DNA from: Prorocentrum cordatum
Lineage: Eukaryota
Direction: 5' to 3'
NCBI GenBank assembly: GCA_963575745.1
Contig: CAUYUJ010000306.1
Coordinates: 62,001 to 115,633, forward strand
DNA: 53,633 nt
In this document: piece by piece, positions 11,315-20,029 of the stretch
Numbering within the stretch: the first letter of the stretch is position 1
Layout: every line of letters starts with the position of its first letter
The notes under the pieces: generated by a model
Told to the model about the DNA's origin: nothing
The model's input: only the letters and a program-made list of their open reading frames with translations
Databases searched by the model: none
Position numbers and translations under genes: made by a program

Positions 11315-14301
11315 GGGGCTGCTTCGTGGTCGTGGTTGACCACCTCGACGAGGTCCTCGCTGTCCAGCTCGTTCACCACCGTATACAGGATGTTGTGGGC
11401 GGCACTCCGGAGCTCGTCCGACAGCGCGGCCCCCGAGACGACGACGCCGAGGGGGTTCACCGCCATGATGCTGTAGTCATGGCCGCGAGCCTTGCTCTGG
11501 TCCGGGGCCACCAGGCCCACCAGGAAGCCCATGATGTACGCTGCCGGAGCGCGGGGCGGAGGCGCGGCTGGCGCGCGAGGCTGGGGTGCGCGCGCTGCTC
11601 GCGTGCCTCGCTCTGGAGTGGGAGATGGCTGCGGATGAGAGGACCAAGAGGAGGTGGGCGTGCCTGGGGCGATCGGGGGCGGTAGCGAAAGGGGGGTCGA
11701 GGGCGAGAGGTCCACCGGGATACCCCCACAACGCGAAGCCCCCGCCCTGACCTGAATACCTGTGGGACCCGCCTGCTGCTTCCCCACACGCCCGTTAACT
11801 CCTCGCCCTGGCTCGTATCTCCCCAGCTCCTCCTCTCCTTCCCCCTCCATAGTTGACCCTGCTCGCGCCGAAGGGCGCGCCCAGGGGGGGCGCCCGGGCG
11901 CCCAGGCCGGGCGTTCCGAGGGCCTCAGGTCGCTCCCAAACTGGGGCGGGTCGCTCCCGGCCAACTGGTCGGGGCGGGCGCCGGCCGCGACGCCGTCGTC
12001 ACCGCGGGCGTCCGGGGCCAATAAGGCGCGGCCCTCCGCCATGCCTCGGGCGAATGGAGCCTGACGCCGATGGTCCTCCCAGAGATATCCGTGGAAGGCG
12101 TCCGTGGACCACCTCCCGAACCTCTTGACCGCTTCCAGGTCGCGACAGGCGTGGTACAACGCCGTCGCGCCCCCGATGCGCAGGGAGTGGGATCCCATCT
12201 GGCCTGCGTCCACGCCGCAGGCGGCAGCCGCGAGTTGGAGGAGCCCCTGCACCTCCTCCCGCATAATCGGGTGGCCATCGGGCCGGCGGAACAGGGGGAG
12301 CCCCGCCTCGGTTCCCCGTCCAAAGCGGTCCGGCAGCTCCCTCTGGAGGTCGGCGAGTGCGTCCACGACACACAACTCCACCCCCGAACGGTAATGGTTG
12401 CGTACGCAACCTGCGTTAAACTGGTCCGTCTTGGACGACGTGATCGTCAGTACTACCTCGTCGCAGTCGCTGAGCCTTGCGCTGGGTGTACCCTCGCGCA
12501 TCCCCTGTACGTCCTGCCCACGCACAACCCGTCCCATGCTCCAGGAGCGGCCCTCTTGGACCAAATACTCCGACGCGCGGAGCATGAAGAAGTACCCCGT
12601 CATAAGCGCCGCCCATCGGATGGTCGCCTCTCGGCGCGTGGCCGTTCCGTGGGCGAACAAGTACTCGTGGAGCCAGCGCAACATCCGGGGCGTGGCCGGC
12701 AGCTTCCGTTTCGCCTTTCCGTCCCAGCGGCGGAGTCCCTCGATCGTGGTCCAGAGCCGGCGCCGATCGGAGGTCACATCCCCAAACCCGGCCAGGGTGT
12801 GGGCATATCGAACGGCGAACAGGCGCTGGCGGATGGTCGTGGCCCGCCTCTTCATCACCTTGTACAGGTACACGACATACCGGATGAGGTCATCCTCATC
12901 CGTAAGGCGGGCGTCCCGAGTCTCCCCCTGCAGGTATGGGCTCCGGCCTCGGAGCCTCCGCCAGAGTACCCAGTTACGCCACCCGGCGCTGTAATTGGCC
13001 CGCGTCCCTTCGGCAAGCTTGGCCAGCATCGCCTCGGTGGCGGTCGCATCCAGCTCGCGGGGGTCGGTGAGTTCACCCTGAATCCCTTTCGGGGCGCCCC
13101 CGCCGGCGTACCGCCAGGCGGCGGGCTTCACCAGCGCGGGAGCAGGGGCGCTGCGGGTACGCCGGCGGGCCTTGCGCGGGGGGCGAGCCTCGCCGCCCGC
13201 GCCGTCCGCGGCGCTTGGCCGGGGCATGCCCGCGCCTTCCGGAACAGCGAAGGTCACCGCCCCGACCCGCTCCCCGCCTGCCCCGTCCTCCCCTGCTGCG
13301 GTGGACCGCGCGGTAGCAGGGGGGTCGAGCTGGTCCGCCAACCGAGCGGCGTCGTCCGTCGTCTTACCCGCCTCCAGCGCAGCCTCGAATGGCCCGCTTG
13401 GGCGGTCGGGGGCCTGAAGCCAGGCCTTTAGCCACAGCTTAACCATCTCGTCGTTAGCGAGTCGGTCGTGGTCGGGTCCGACGCCAGCGCGCGCCCCGGG
13501 TGCCTCGCCTGCGCTTGCTGCCTCTACGGCCTGCCTCAGCAGGCGCTCCGCCCACTGGAGCACCCAGCGGGCCGTGCGACGCGGGAGTGCACGAGCGGCC
13601 TGCCGCATGCGCTCGGCGATCGGCATACCTCCAAGGCCCAAGGCATCCCACAGCTCCGCCGTGCCCCCCTGGGCGCACCAGATTTCTTTCGGGTGCAGGG
13701 CTCGCACGGTCCAGCCGCCCTCGGACCCTTCCAGGATCAGGGTGTTCGCATAGCCCTTCAACGGGTCGGGCTTCGCCCGTGCCGTATGGCAGGGCCCGCG
13801 CGGATCATGAATCACCACGCGCTGGGCCCGCCCGCCTCCCGCGGGCTGCCATGTGCCGCGCGGCCAGGGCATCATGCGATCCCCCGTCGTCGAGATCCGA
13901 GGGTCCACGAGCAAGGTGCCGTTGTTGAGGTCCAGGCGGAGCTCATCCAGCGGTGGCCGCCCTGCCTCTTTCCAGAGCTGGCAGAGGCCGCGTGGCTCCA
14001 CGCAGGGCTGCCCCAGGGGGGGTATGGGGCTCGGTGCCCGAACCCGTTCTCCGCAACCCCAAACCTGGACCGCCCGCGCGCGTGCCGTGACGTCGCCGAA
14101 GTGTGTGCACAGAAGGCGCGTCTCCGGGGAGAGTGCCACATAGCCGAGGCGCCGTAAGCGTGCCCCTAGCCGCACTGCGGCGCAGTTGACGGGGGCGTCG
14201 AGCAGCACGGCATAGTGACGCGCACAGCCAGCGGGTCCGCGGGGCCCCAGTGGGGTCCTTGGGGTGGTCCCCGTCGTCCGGGTCCCATCGGTCACCGACA
14301 T
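11257..14301 (-). CDS. Polyprotein continuation: MTase-2 C-terminal half and tyrosine recombinase (about 12040-13040); the ORF tail from 11533 probably belongs to the next gene
   Basis: LAEGTRANY..W (N-terminal domain), YFFMLRASEY (R), SKTDQ (K), HSLRIGGAT (HxxR), GRWSTDAFHGY (W, Y): a complete YR catalytic set. Confidence 0.9.
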   Translation of the reverse strand: MSVTDGTRTTGTTPRTPLGPRGPAGCARHYAVLLDAPVNCAAVRLGARLRRLGYVALSPETRLLCTHFGDVTARARAVQVWGCGERVRAPSPIPPLGQPCVEPRGLCQLWKEAGRPPLDELRLDLNNGTLLVDPRISTTGDRMMPWPRGTWQPAGGGRAQRVVIHDPRGPCHTARAKPDPLKGYANTLILEGSEGGWTVRALHPKEIWCAQGGTAELWDALGLGGMPIAERMRQAARALPRRTARWVLQWAERLLRQAVEAASAGEAPGARAGVGPDHDRLANDEMVKLWLKAWLQAPDRPSGPFEAALEAGKTTDDAARLADQLDPPATARSTAAGEDGAGGERVGAVTFAVPEGAGMPRPSAADGAGGEARPPRKARRRTRSAPAPALVKPAAWRYAGGGAPKGIQGELTDPRELDATATEAMLAKLAEGTRANYSAGWRNWVLWRRLRGRSPYLQGETRDARLTDEDDLIRYVVYLYKVMKRRATTIRQRLFAVRYAHTLAGFGDVTSDRRRLWTTIEGLRRWDGKAKRKLPATPRMLRWLHEYLFAHGTATRREATIRWAALMTGYFFMLRASEYLVQEGRSWSMGRVVRGQDVQGMREGTPSARLSDCDEVVLTITSSKTDQFNAGCVRNHYRSGVELCVVDALADLQRELPDRFGRGTEAGLPLFRRPDGHPIMREEVQGLLQLAAAACGVDAGQMGSHSLRIGGATALYHACRDLEAVKRFGRWSTDAFHGYLWEDHRRQAPFARGMAEGRALLAPDARGDDGVAAGARPDQLAGSDPPQFGSDLRPSERPAWAPGRPPWARPSARAGSTMEGEGEEELGRYEPGRGVNGRVGKQQAGPTGIQVRAGASRCGGIPVDLSPSTPLSLPPPIAPGTPTSSWSSHPQPSPTPERGTRAARAPQPRAPAAPPPRAPAAYIMGFLVGLVAPDQSKARGHDYSIMAVNPLGVVVSGAALSDELRSAAHNILYTVVNELDSEDLVEVVNHDHEAAPCIAAAAWPRGRARTTASW

Positions 14302-14400
14302 CCCACGGCGCTAGCAGCGCCGACCCGCCGAGGCTCTCCCATGCCTCCCCAAAGGGAGGCCACGCGGTTCCCACCTCCAGCAGCCGCGCCCCCTCGACCT
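13570..14400 (-). other. Second, degenerate C5-MTase-like domain split by a frameshift at about 14210
   Basis: LLEVG (motif I-like), VLLDAP (VI-like), LGY..THFGDVTARARAV (VIII-like), VRALHPKEIWCAQG (IX) and RMRQAARALP (X-like). No PC motif visible. Confidence 0.62.
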
Positions 14401-17400
14401 GCAGGGGGGCGTAGCGTGGTAGGGCCTCCCGGGATCCCTTGACTTGGAGTGCAGCCGCGCGCCAGGGCCCGTCGTCTCCTGGCATCCGCAGCTCGCGCTG
14501 GGCGGCCTCCTCCACCAGCTCGCCCCACGGTGCTGCCGGCGACAGCTCGGTCCATCCGGCCTCCGCCATCCGCTGGCGTACCTCCTCCACCGTGGCACGA
14601 GTAATGAAGTCGGCCAGCTCGCTCCCGTCCAGGACCCGGAACTTGTACCGTAGCTCCAGCATGGCCAGGACTCGAAGCAGGTGGCGCGCCACCGCGTTCC
14701 GTGCCCGGCGGCGTCGCAGCCAGCGGCTGACGTTACTGTTGTCAGTGACGTACGGCAATAGCAGCTGGAACCAGTCCGGGCCCTTCTCGGCCGCCAAGGC
14801 TATCAGGCAGAGGAGTTCGACCACCGCGATGATCTCCCCCTCCCCCTGCCAGGTGACCCCAGGGGCGGAGCGGAGCGTCTCCAGATAGGGAGCCGCCTCC
14901 GCCACGATGTACTCGCGCGAGGACCAGTCCAGCGCACCGATCCGATCCAGGGTGGCATCGCCTCCCAGCCAGCGCAGCTTGCCGAGCGCCCCCGGGAGTG
15001 CGAGGGCCTCGCGAAGGCCTAGCAGGCCCTCGAAGGAGGTCTCGAAGTTACCCTCGACCGGCATCTCAAAGCAGACGCGCAGCCAATCCAGGGTCTGGTG
15101 CCAATCGTCCCACGCAGCCTCTACCATCTCGGGGTCGCCCGGCGGATGGACGTAGGCCTGACCTGGGTCACCCGACAGCATCCGGTGGACCGCTGGGAGC
15201 TCCAGGCTCAGGGCTGGAGCTGCGCAGGCGCAGAACTGGCCGAGCCCACTTAGCTCCCTCGCGGTTCGCAGCCGGACCATGCGGCAGCCGAAGCTCAGCT
15301 CCGGCTCCGCCAGTAGGAAGCGCATCTTCATGGCCTTGGGCTCCGGGAGTCCAACTCGCTCGCGCTCGAAGTCCATACTGAGCCCCCAGATAATCTGCGT
15401 GGTGGAAGGCTCCCCCTCGGCGTCCCTCTTGCTGACGTTCACTGCTTCGGACCCAAACACCTCACGTATGGAGGCATCCAATGCGTCGCAGGCCATCCAC
15501 GGCCGGACCCCAATGTCGGGCTCCACCACCACAGGGTCATCCATAAGCCACTCCGAGTGGAAGTGGGTGGTGTCGTGCCAGTGCGGCTCCCCAGGCCGAT
15601 AGCTCTCGTGGAGCTCCCTCGCCGCCAGGGCGAGCATCATGTAATTGCCTGGGGCTCCCGTCCACCCAAACACCATGGCTAGGTAAACGACTCTGACGTC
15701 CCCCTCGATGCCAGCGTGGGCCCCCGGTAATGAAGTGCCAAAGTCCCCGACGTCCGCCGGGGCGATGTCCAGCCACTTGAAGGCCCGCGAGACGTCCCGC
15801 TTGGCGCAGAGGAGGCGCGCTCCGGGGTGGCGCGCGCGATGCCATACCGCCGTCCTCACCACCTGCCGATGGCGTGGCTGGACGGCAGGCGGGTGGTCGC
15901 GCTTGTGTGTGGCGGCGTTGGCCGAGAGCATCGCGTGGATCATACGCCCTTCGGACGATAAGGTTCTGTCCGGTAGCTGCTTCGGGACCCTCCCCAGGGG
16001 GGCTTCCACCAGCTCCGTCAGAAAACCCTCTGCCGCCTGGGAAGCCACCAAGACGATCCCCCAGGTCACATCCGCCCATACCTTCTGGTAGGCCTCGTCG
16101 ATGTGGGCTCGCACGCTGGGGTACGGCTGGGCTCGCTCGCGCCTCCGCGGCGCGCCCCGCCGCGCGGAGGCTCCCCCTTCCGCTAGCTCCCGGACGTACT
16201 CGAAGTGCTCTCGGCTTAAACACCGTCGCACCTTGTCCCCCAGGACACCCCGAAGGGGGTTGCCCAGGCGCTCGTGGCGCGCGCGCCTAAGCAGCGCGGC
16301 CGCTTCCTTCAGGGACCCCGTCCGCTGGAGGAGCTGATCCCCCAGCCCCACCAGGGTCCGCATGGCTTCGGGGTCGTACTCAGGGTGCTCCGTGCAGAAG
16401 GTCAGGTAGACCGTGGCCAGCTCCGCCGGGCTGCACCCGTCGAGGTCCTCCGCGATATCTCTGGCCGGATCCTCGCAAGGGGGTCGAGTCTTGCCCGCAC
16501 TCACCTCCCCCTGTGCCTTGCCCAATGGGGGCTTAGGAAGCCCCGCCAATGCTCGGTGCATGGCTGGGCTAAGCCTACCGCATTTTGAGCCGTCCCCTGA
16601 GGCCTGTAGGCGCTCGATTCCAGTGAAGTCGACGCCCTGCAGGCGCCCGGGCGCCTCCGCCCGGGCGATTTTGGGGGACGCCCCCGGGCCATCCTCCCAT
16701 ATAGGCGCCAACTGCCGACGCAGTTGGCTCACCGACCAGCGGTGATAGGCCCCTTTCAACACCTTTGCCCACGCAGCGCAAAGGCGGGGGGCCCAAACCT
16801 GCGCCTCCTTGGTGCGCTTAATGCCCGAGCCCGGCACGTGATCTTTCAGCTCGACGTGGTGGTGGTCACGGGGGCAACGTCGCGCCAGCAACAGAGCGTG
16901 CAGGTACAGCCGGGGGCTGACGAGCCACCAGCTGCCCTTGCGATAGCGGCTCTCTGGCGCGTCGGACGGGGCCTTACCCCAGGCGCACATGTGGATCGGG
17001 ACGATCATGGCCCCCGTCGCTCGACGCAGCTCGTGCATCGGGGCCTGGTCCCAAATCTTGGGGTAGCGGCCCGAGGGGCAGGAGGACTCGATGAGAAACT
17101 CCTTGCCAGCGTCGTGTAGGATGCGGCAGGTGTCGCACGTGAACTGTGTGTGGCTGTTACCCACGCGCTCGAACTCTTTGGAGCCATCCCCCTCGGGGTG
17201 CTCCCACGTGCGGGTGCCCTGCGGGGTCCCGCCCGGCTGGGTCATGAGCCCGAGGTCGGTGTACGAGCCACACGGGGTACCCCAGCACCAAACGTTGGCC
17301 ACGTCGGGGCCCATGGGGGTCCGTGCGGCCTCCTGTAGGCGCGCGCGAACCGCTGGGTCGAGGGTGTCATGATCCGGCCGTGGGCCGGACTCTCGGAGAG

Positions 17401-20029
17401 GGTCGTCGTAATATTCGATCGGCTCCAGCACCCGGATGCCCTCGGCGCGAAGCGCGGCCGACCAATTTCCCGAACCGGCGTACACCTCTTGGGCGATCAA
17501 ACCGTACGCGAACGCGGGATCGTGTCGAATCGGCATCGCGTTCGCCTCCAGGAGGCGTGCCTGGACGTCGGCTGGATGTTCCCCGAACGAGGCTGGCGCG
17601 CGTCCCACTGCGCGGCCCGCCCGACCTTCCGCTGCCTTGCAGTGGGTGCAGGGCGCGCTCTTGCCCGGGACGGTGGGTTCAACGTCTGGGCCTTCGTCGA
17701 GCATCTCGCGCCAGCCGACACTTACGATCTCGCGGGACAGGCGTCCTGCGTGCCCCCAGCGCTGGCCTAGGGCCGCCGCCTCCGCGTGGGAGCGTGGGCG
17801 CAAGGCGCGCATATGGCCACGCCAGATCAGGAGCGGAATTACCTGATCCTCCGCGCCGACACCCGTTCCCATTAGGTGGTCCACGCATAGGCGCCCACTG
17901 CCGTTGACACGGTGCACCTGGAGCGTGACGGCGTCGAGGTCGGTGACGGGGCATGCTGCCAGGCAGCGATAGTCCTTGTCGTGGTGCGGGTGCACCGCAT
18001 CATGGACGTAGGAACGGACATCGGCCTCCAGGGCCGTGATCCACGGTGGGGAGTCGCCCAGGGCACGAAGGGCCTCATGGGCCTCCTCCCATAGTGCATG
18101 GCGATACGTCGCGGCCAACTGCTGCACCGCGTCCGGGCTGGGCTCACCTGTGCCCTCGCCCGCGCGTAGCAGGAGCACCCCCGCAGCTACGTGCAGTAGC
18201 AGGCACTGCCGCTCCTCGGCGTCGCCCATCTCCAGGCCCATCGCCTGGCCCATCTCCTCTGTAGGGCTGAGGCGGTCCCGGTAGTCGATGAAGTCCCACT
18301 GGATGCGGGTGTCCCCGTCCCAGAAGGTATAGGACCCGCGGCCTATCAGCCCGTCGGTGTCCCACGCAACCGGGCCAACCTCGGCCCCGCCCTCGGTGAC
18401 GTATCCTGCGGCGCAGCTAAGCGCCTCATGCAGGTCGGCTGCCTCGCTGCTGAGTCCCCGATGGCCTCGGTCCACGGCTTCCTCCAGGGCTCGCTCCAAG
18501 GTGAGCCGCTCCCCGCGCAGGCGCGCCCCCAAGACGCGCCCGCGCACGTGGCTCTGCAAGTACTCGCTGGCCCCCTTCAGAGGAGCGAAGATGCCCTCGG
18601 ATTCGAGCTCCTGCATGAGTTTGAGGCGAAGCTCCGGCCCATCACCCGCGGGCTGGGCGCCCCAAGTGGCCGCCGCGCGCGGGCGGTCATGGTCTTCGAG
18701 CCATCCGAAGTCGGGGCCCTTAACCGCTTCCCGGAGGTCAGATTCCATCGCGGTAAGCTGGAGCGCGGTGTAGTCGTCCGGGGCCTGCCCCGGGCCCGGG
18801 TCGCCCGCTGCTCGCGAGCCGCTGCCACGGCCACGGCCCTTCTCCTTCTGGGAGTCAGGGGCAGCAGGTGGGGAAGTGTCCTCGCCAACCTTCTCGGCCT
18901 CGGCTGCCTTGGCTTGCGAGCGCAGCTGCGCAATCATCCCATCCACCTGCTTGGGGTCGATCCGGGGCGTCCCAAGGAGCCCCCCGCGCCTCGTGAGCTG
19001 CATGACTACCGAGTAGTCCAATCCGCGCGTGGACTTGATGGGGTCATGGGAGTTAGGGCAATCGCAAGCCTTCCGCGAGCAGCCCATGTGCGTGGTGGCC
19101 CCCCAGCAGATAGGGACGTTGTCCTTATTGCGGGGCGCATGCGCCACGGATCGCGTACGCTCCGGGCGTGTTAGTTCCTTGCCCGCTGGGTACGCCCTCT
19201 TGGGGGCTGTCCCCGCTGGGGCCCCGGTGCCCGCCTTGGGCCCCGCCTTCGGCTGGGGTCCAGCCCCCGCCTTGGGCCTGTCATCCCCCTGCGCCGTGGG
19301 CCGGGGCTCGCCCATTTCCTCGCTCCCTCCCGCCTTGGGCGGTCGCTTCGTGAGGTGGGCGTTCAGCTGCCCATTGAGAAGGCGCGTGAGTGCGGCCTTG
19401 CGCCGGGGCACGACCACCTGCTGGTAGTAGGCGTTCGGGTCCCCGAGGTCGAACGTTCGGGGCAAGTCGTAGCCGTTCTCCGGCATGAGTAGGATGTACT
19501 TGATGTCCTCCCTCCTCGGGTTCTCGGTGTCGAGCTCTCGGCAGAGCCGACGCCTCAGCTCCCGTAACTCCTCGACCCAGGTGCTTCGGAGCTCTTCCCA
19601 CAGATCCTTGACCCAATGGTCTGGGAACTCCGAGGGGTCCCTCTCGAAGGCCGCCTCCAAGAACCCTAACGACCGCCGACGCTCCGCCCCATGTGCGACC
19701 CCTACGATGGACTCGAACATCTGGATCTCGCACCGGGCCCTCTTAAACCAGGTCGCCATGTGGGTGGCGGGCCGCTGGCGGGGCTCCAGCTTGTCGTCCA
19801 CAGGGAGCCGATAGCCATCGAAGTCCTCGTCACGCGCGGGGACGCAGTCGTCCACCGCCAGGTCGTGAGGGCCCGTCCCGAAGGCGAGCGCCGCGTAGCC
19901 GTGCGCCACACGGCTGGTAACCAGGCAGGGAAACCCGATCGTCTTGAGAGTGCTCTTGGAGTGCGCACACATGCGCTTGAGAGAGTCGAACAAGTCCTTC
20001 CCCGTAATCCCCTCGCAGGCCTCAACCAC
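13943..20029 (-). CDS. Polyprotein: gag-like/CCCH finger, candidate Cys protease, C5-MTase, reverse transcriptase, RNase H, start of second MTase
   Basis: 2028-aa ORF. CWGATTHMGCSRKACDCPNSH; EVYAGSG/GTPCG/FLIES; KRDVSRAF, MVFGWTGAP, LMDD; GDAT..VEL..VTDN..ADFITR. Confidence 0.9.
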   Translation of the reverse strand: MVEACEGITGKDLFDSLKRMCAHSKSTLKTIGFPCLVTSRVAHGYAALAFGTGPHDLAVDDCVPARDEDFDGYRLPVDDKLEPRQRPATHMATWFKRARCEIQMFESIVGVAHGAERRRSLGFLEAAFERDPSEFPDHWVKDLWEELRSTWVEELRELRRRLCRELDTENPRREDIKYILLMPENGYDLPRTFDLGDPNAYYQQVVVPRRKAALTRLLNGQLNAHLTKRPPKAGGSEEMGEPRPTAQGDDRPKAGAGPQPKAGPKAGTGAPAGTAPKRAYPAGKELTRPERTRSVAHAPRNKDNVPICWGATTHMGCSRKACDCPNSHDPIKSTRGLDYSVVMQLTRRGGLLGTPRIDPKQVDGMIAQLRSQAKAAEAEKVGEDTSPPAAPDSQKEKGRGRGSGSRAAGDPGPGQAPDDYTALQLTAMESDLREAVKGPDFGWLEDHDRPRAAATWGAQPAGDGPELRLKLMQELESEGIFAPLKGASEYLQSHVRGRVLGARLRGERLTLERALEEAVDRGHRGLSSEAADLHEALSCAAGYVTEGGAEVGPVAWDTDGLIGRGSYTFWDGDTRIQWDFIDYRDRLSPTEEMGQAMGLEMGDAEERQCLLLHVAAGVLLLRAGEGTGEPSPDAVQQLAATYRHALWEEAHEALRALGDSPPWITALEADVRSYVHDAVHPHHDKDYRCLAACPVTDLDAVTLQVHRVNGSGRLCVDHLMGTGVGAEDQVIPLLIWRGHMRALRPRSHAEAAALGQRWGHAGRLSREIVSVGWREMLDEGPDVEPTVPGKSAPCTHCKAAEGRAGRAVGRAPASFGEHPADVQARLLEANAMPIRHDPAFAYGLIAQEVYAGSGNWSAALRAEGIRVLEPIEYYDDPLRESGPRPDHDTLDPAVRARLQEAARTPMGPDVANVWCWGTPCGSYTDLGLMTQPGGTPQGTRTWEHPEGDGSKEFERVGNSHTQFTCDTCRILHDAGKEFLIESSCPSGRYPKIWDQAPMHELRRATGAMIVPIHMCAWGKAPSDAPESRYRKGSWWLVSPRLYLHALLLARRCPRDHHHVELKDHVPGSGIKRTKEAQVWAPRLCAAWAKVLKGAYHRWSVSQLRRQLAPIWEDGPGASPKIARAEAPGRLQGVDFTGIERLQASGDGSKCGRLSPAMHRALAGLPKPPLGKAQGEVSAGKTRPPCEDPARDIAEDLDGCSPAELATVYLTFCTEHPEYDPEAMRTLVGLGDQLLQRTGSLKEAAALLRRARHERLGNPLRGVLGDKVRRCLSREHFEYVRELAEGGASARRGAPRRRERAQPYPSVRAHIDEAYQKVWADVTWGIVLVASQAAEGFLTELVEAPLGRVPKQLPDRTLSSEGRMIHAMLSANAATHKRDHPPAVQPRHRQVVRTAVWHRARHPGARLLCAKRDVSRAFKWLDIAPADVGDFGTSLPGAHAGIEGDVRVVYLAMVFGWTGAPGNYMMLALAARELHESYRPGEPHWHDTTHFHSEWLMDDPVVVEPDIGVRPWMACDALDASIREVFGSEAVNVSKRDAEGEPSTTQIIWGLSMDFERERVGLPEPKAMKMRFLLAEPELSFGCRMVRLRTARELSGLGQFCACAAPALSLELPAVHRMLSGDPGQAYVHPPGDPEMVEAAWDDWHQTLDWLRVCFEMPVEGNFETSFEGLLGLREALALPGALGKLRWLGGDATLDRIGALDWSSREYIVAEAAPYLETLRSAPGVTWQGEGEIIAVVELLCLIALAAEKGPDWFQLLLPYVTDNSNVSRWLRRRRARNAVARHLLRVLAMLELRYKFRVLDGSELADFITRATVEEVRQRMAEAGWTELSPAAPWGELVEEAAQRELRMPGDDGPWRAAALQVKGSREALPRYAPLQVEGARLLEVGTAWPPFGEAWESLGGSALLAPWDVGDRWDPDDGDHPKDPTGAPRTRWLCASLCRAARRPRQLRRSAARGTLTAPRLCGTLPGDAPSVHTLRRRHGTRAGGPGLGLRRTGSGTEPHTPPGAALRGATRPLPALERGRAATAG
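14595..14975 (-). other. RNase H domain (DIRS type), short near its C-terminus
   Basis: WLGGDAT, IAVVELL, VTDNSNV..W, ADFITR give the D-E-D-D arrangement. Confidence 0.82.
15370..16010 (-). other. Reverse transcriptase domain (DIRS/YR type)
   Basis: GRMIH, CAKRDVSRAFKW, LAMVFGWTGAPG, WLMDD (15536-15547), IIWGLSMD. Confidence 0.9.
16760..17500 (-). other. C5 cytosine DNA methyltransferase domain 1
   Basis: Motif I EVYAGSG (about 17470-17490), motif IV WGTPCGS with Cys codon at 17270-17272, motif VI-like FLIESS, motif VIII-like MCAWG..YRKGSWW, C-terminal C..HHH..L..T..AQVWAPRLC. Confidence 0.82.

Noticed and set aside
9503..13431. Long plus-strand ORFs (657 aa, 453 aa) inside the element
   Set aside because: Antisense shadows of GC-rich coding frames; no motifs.
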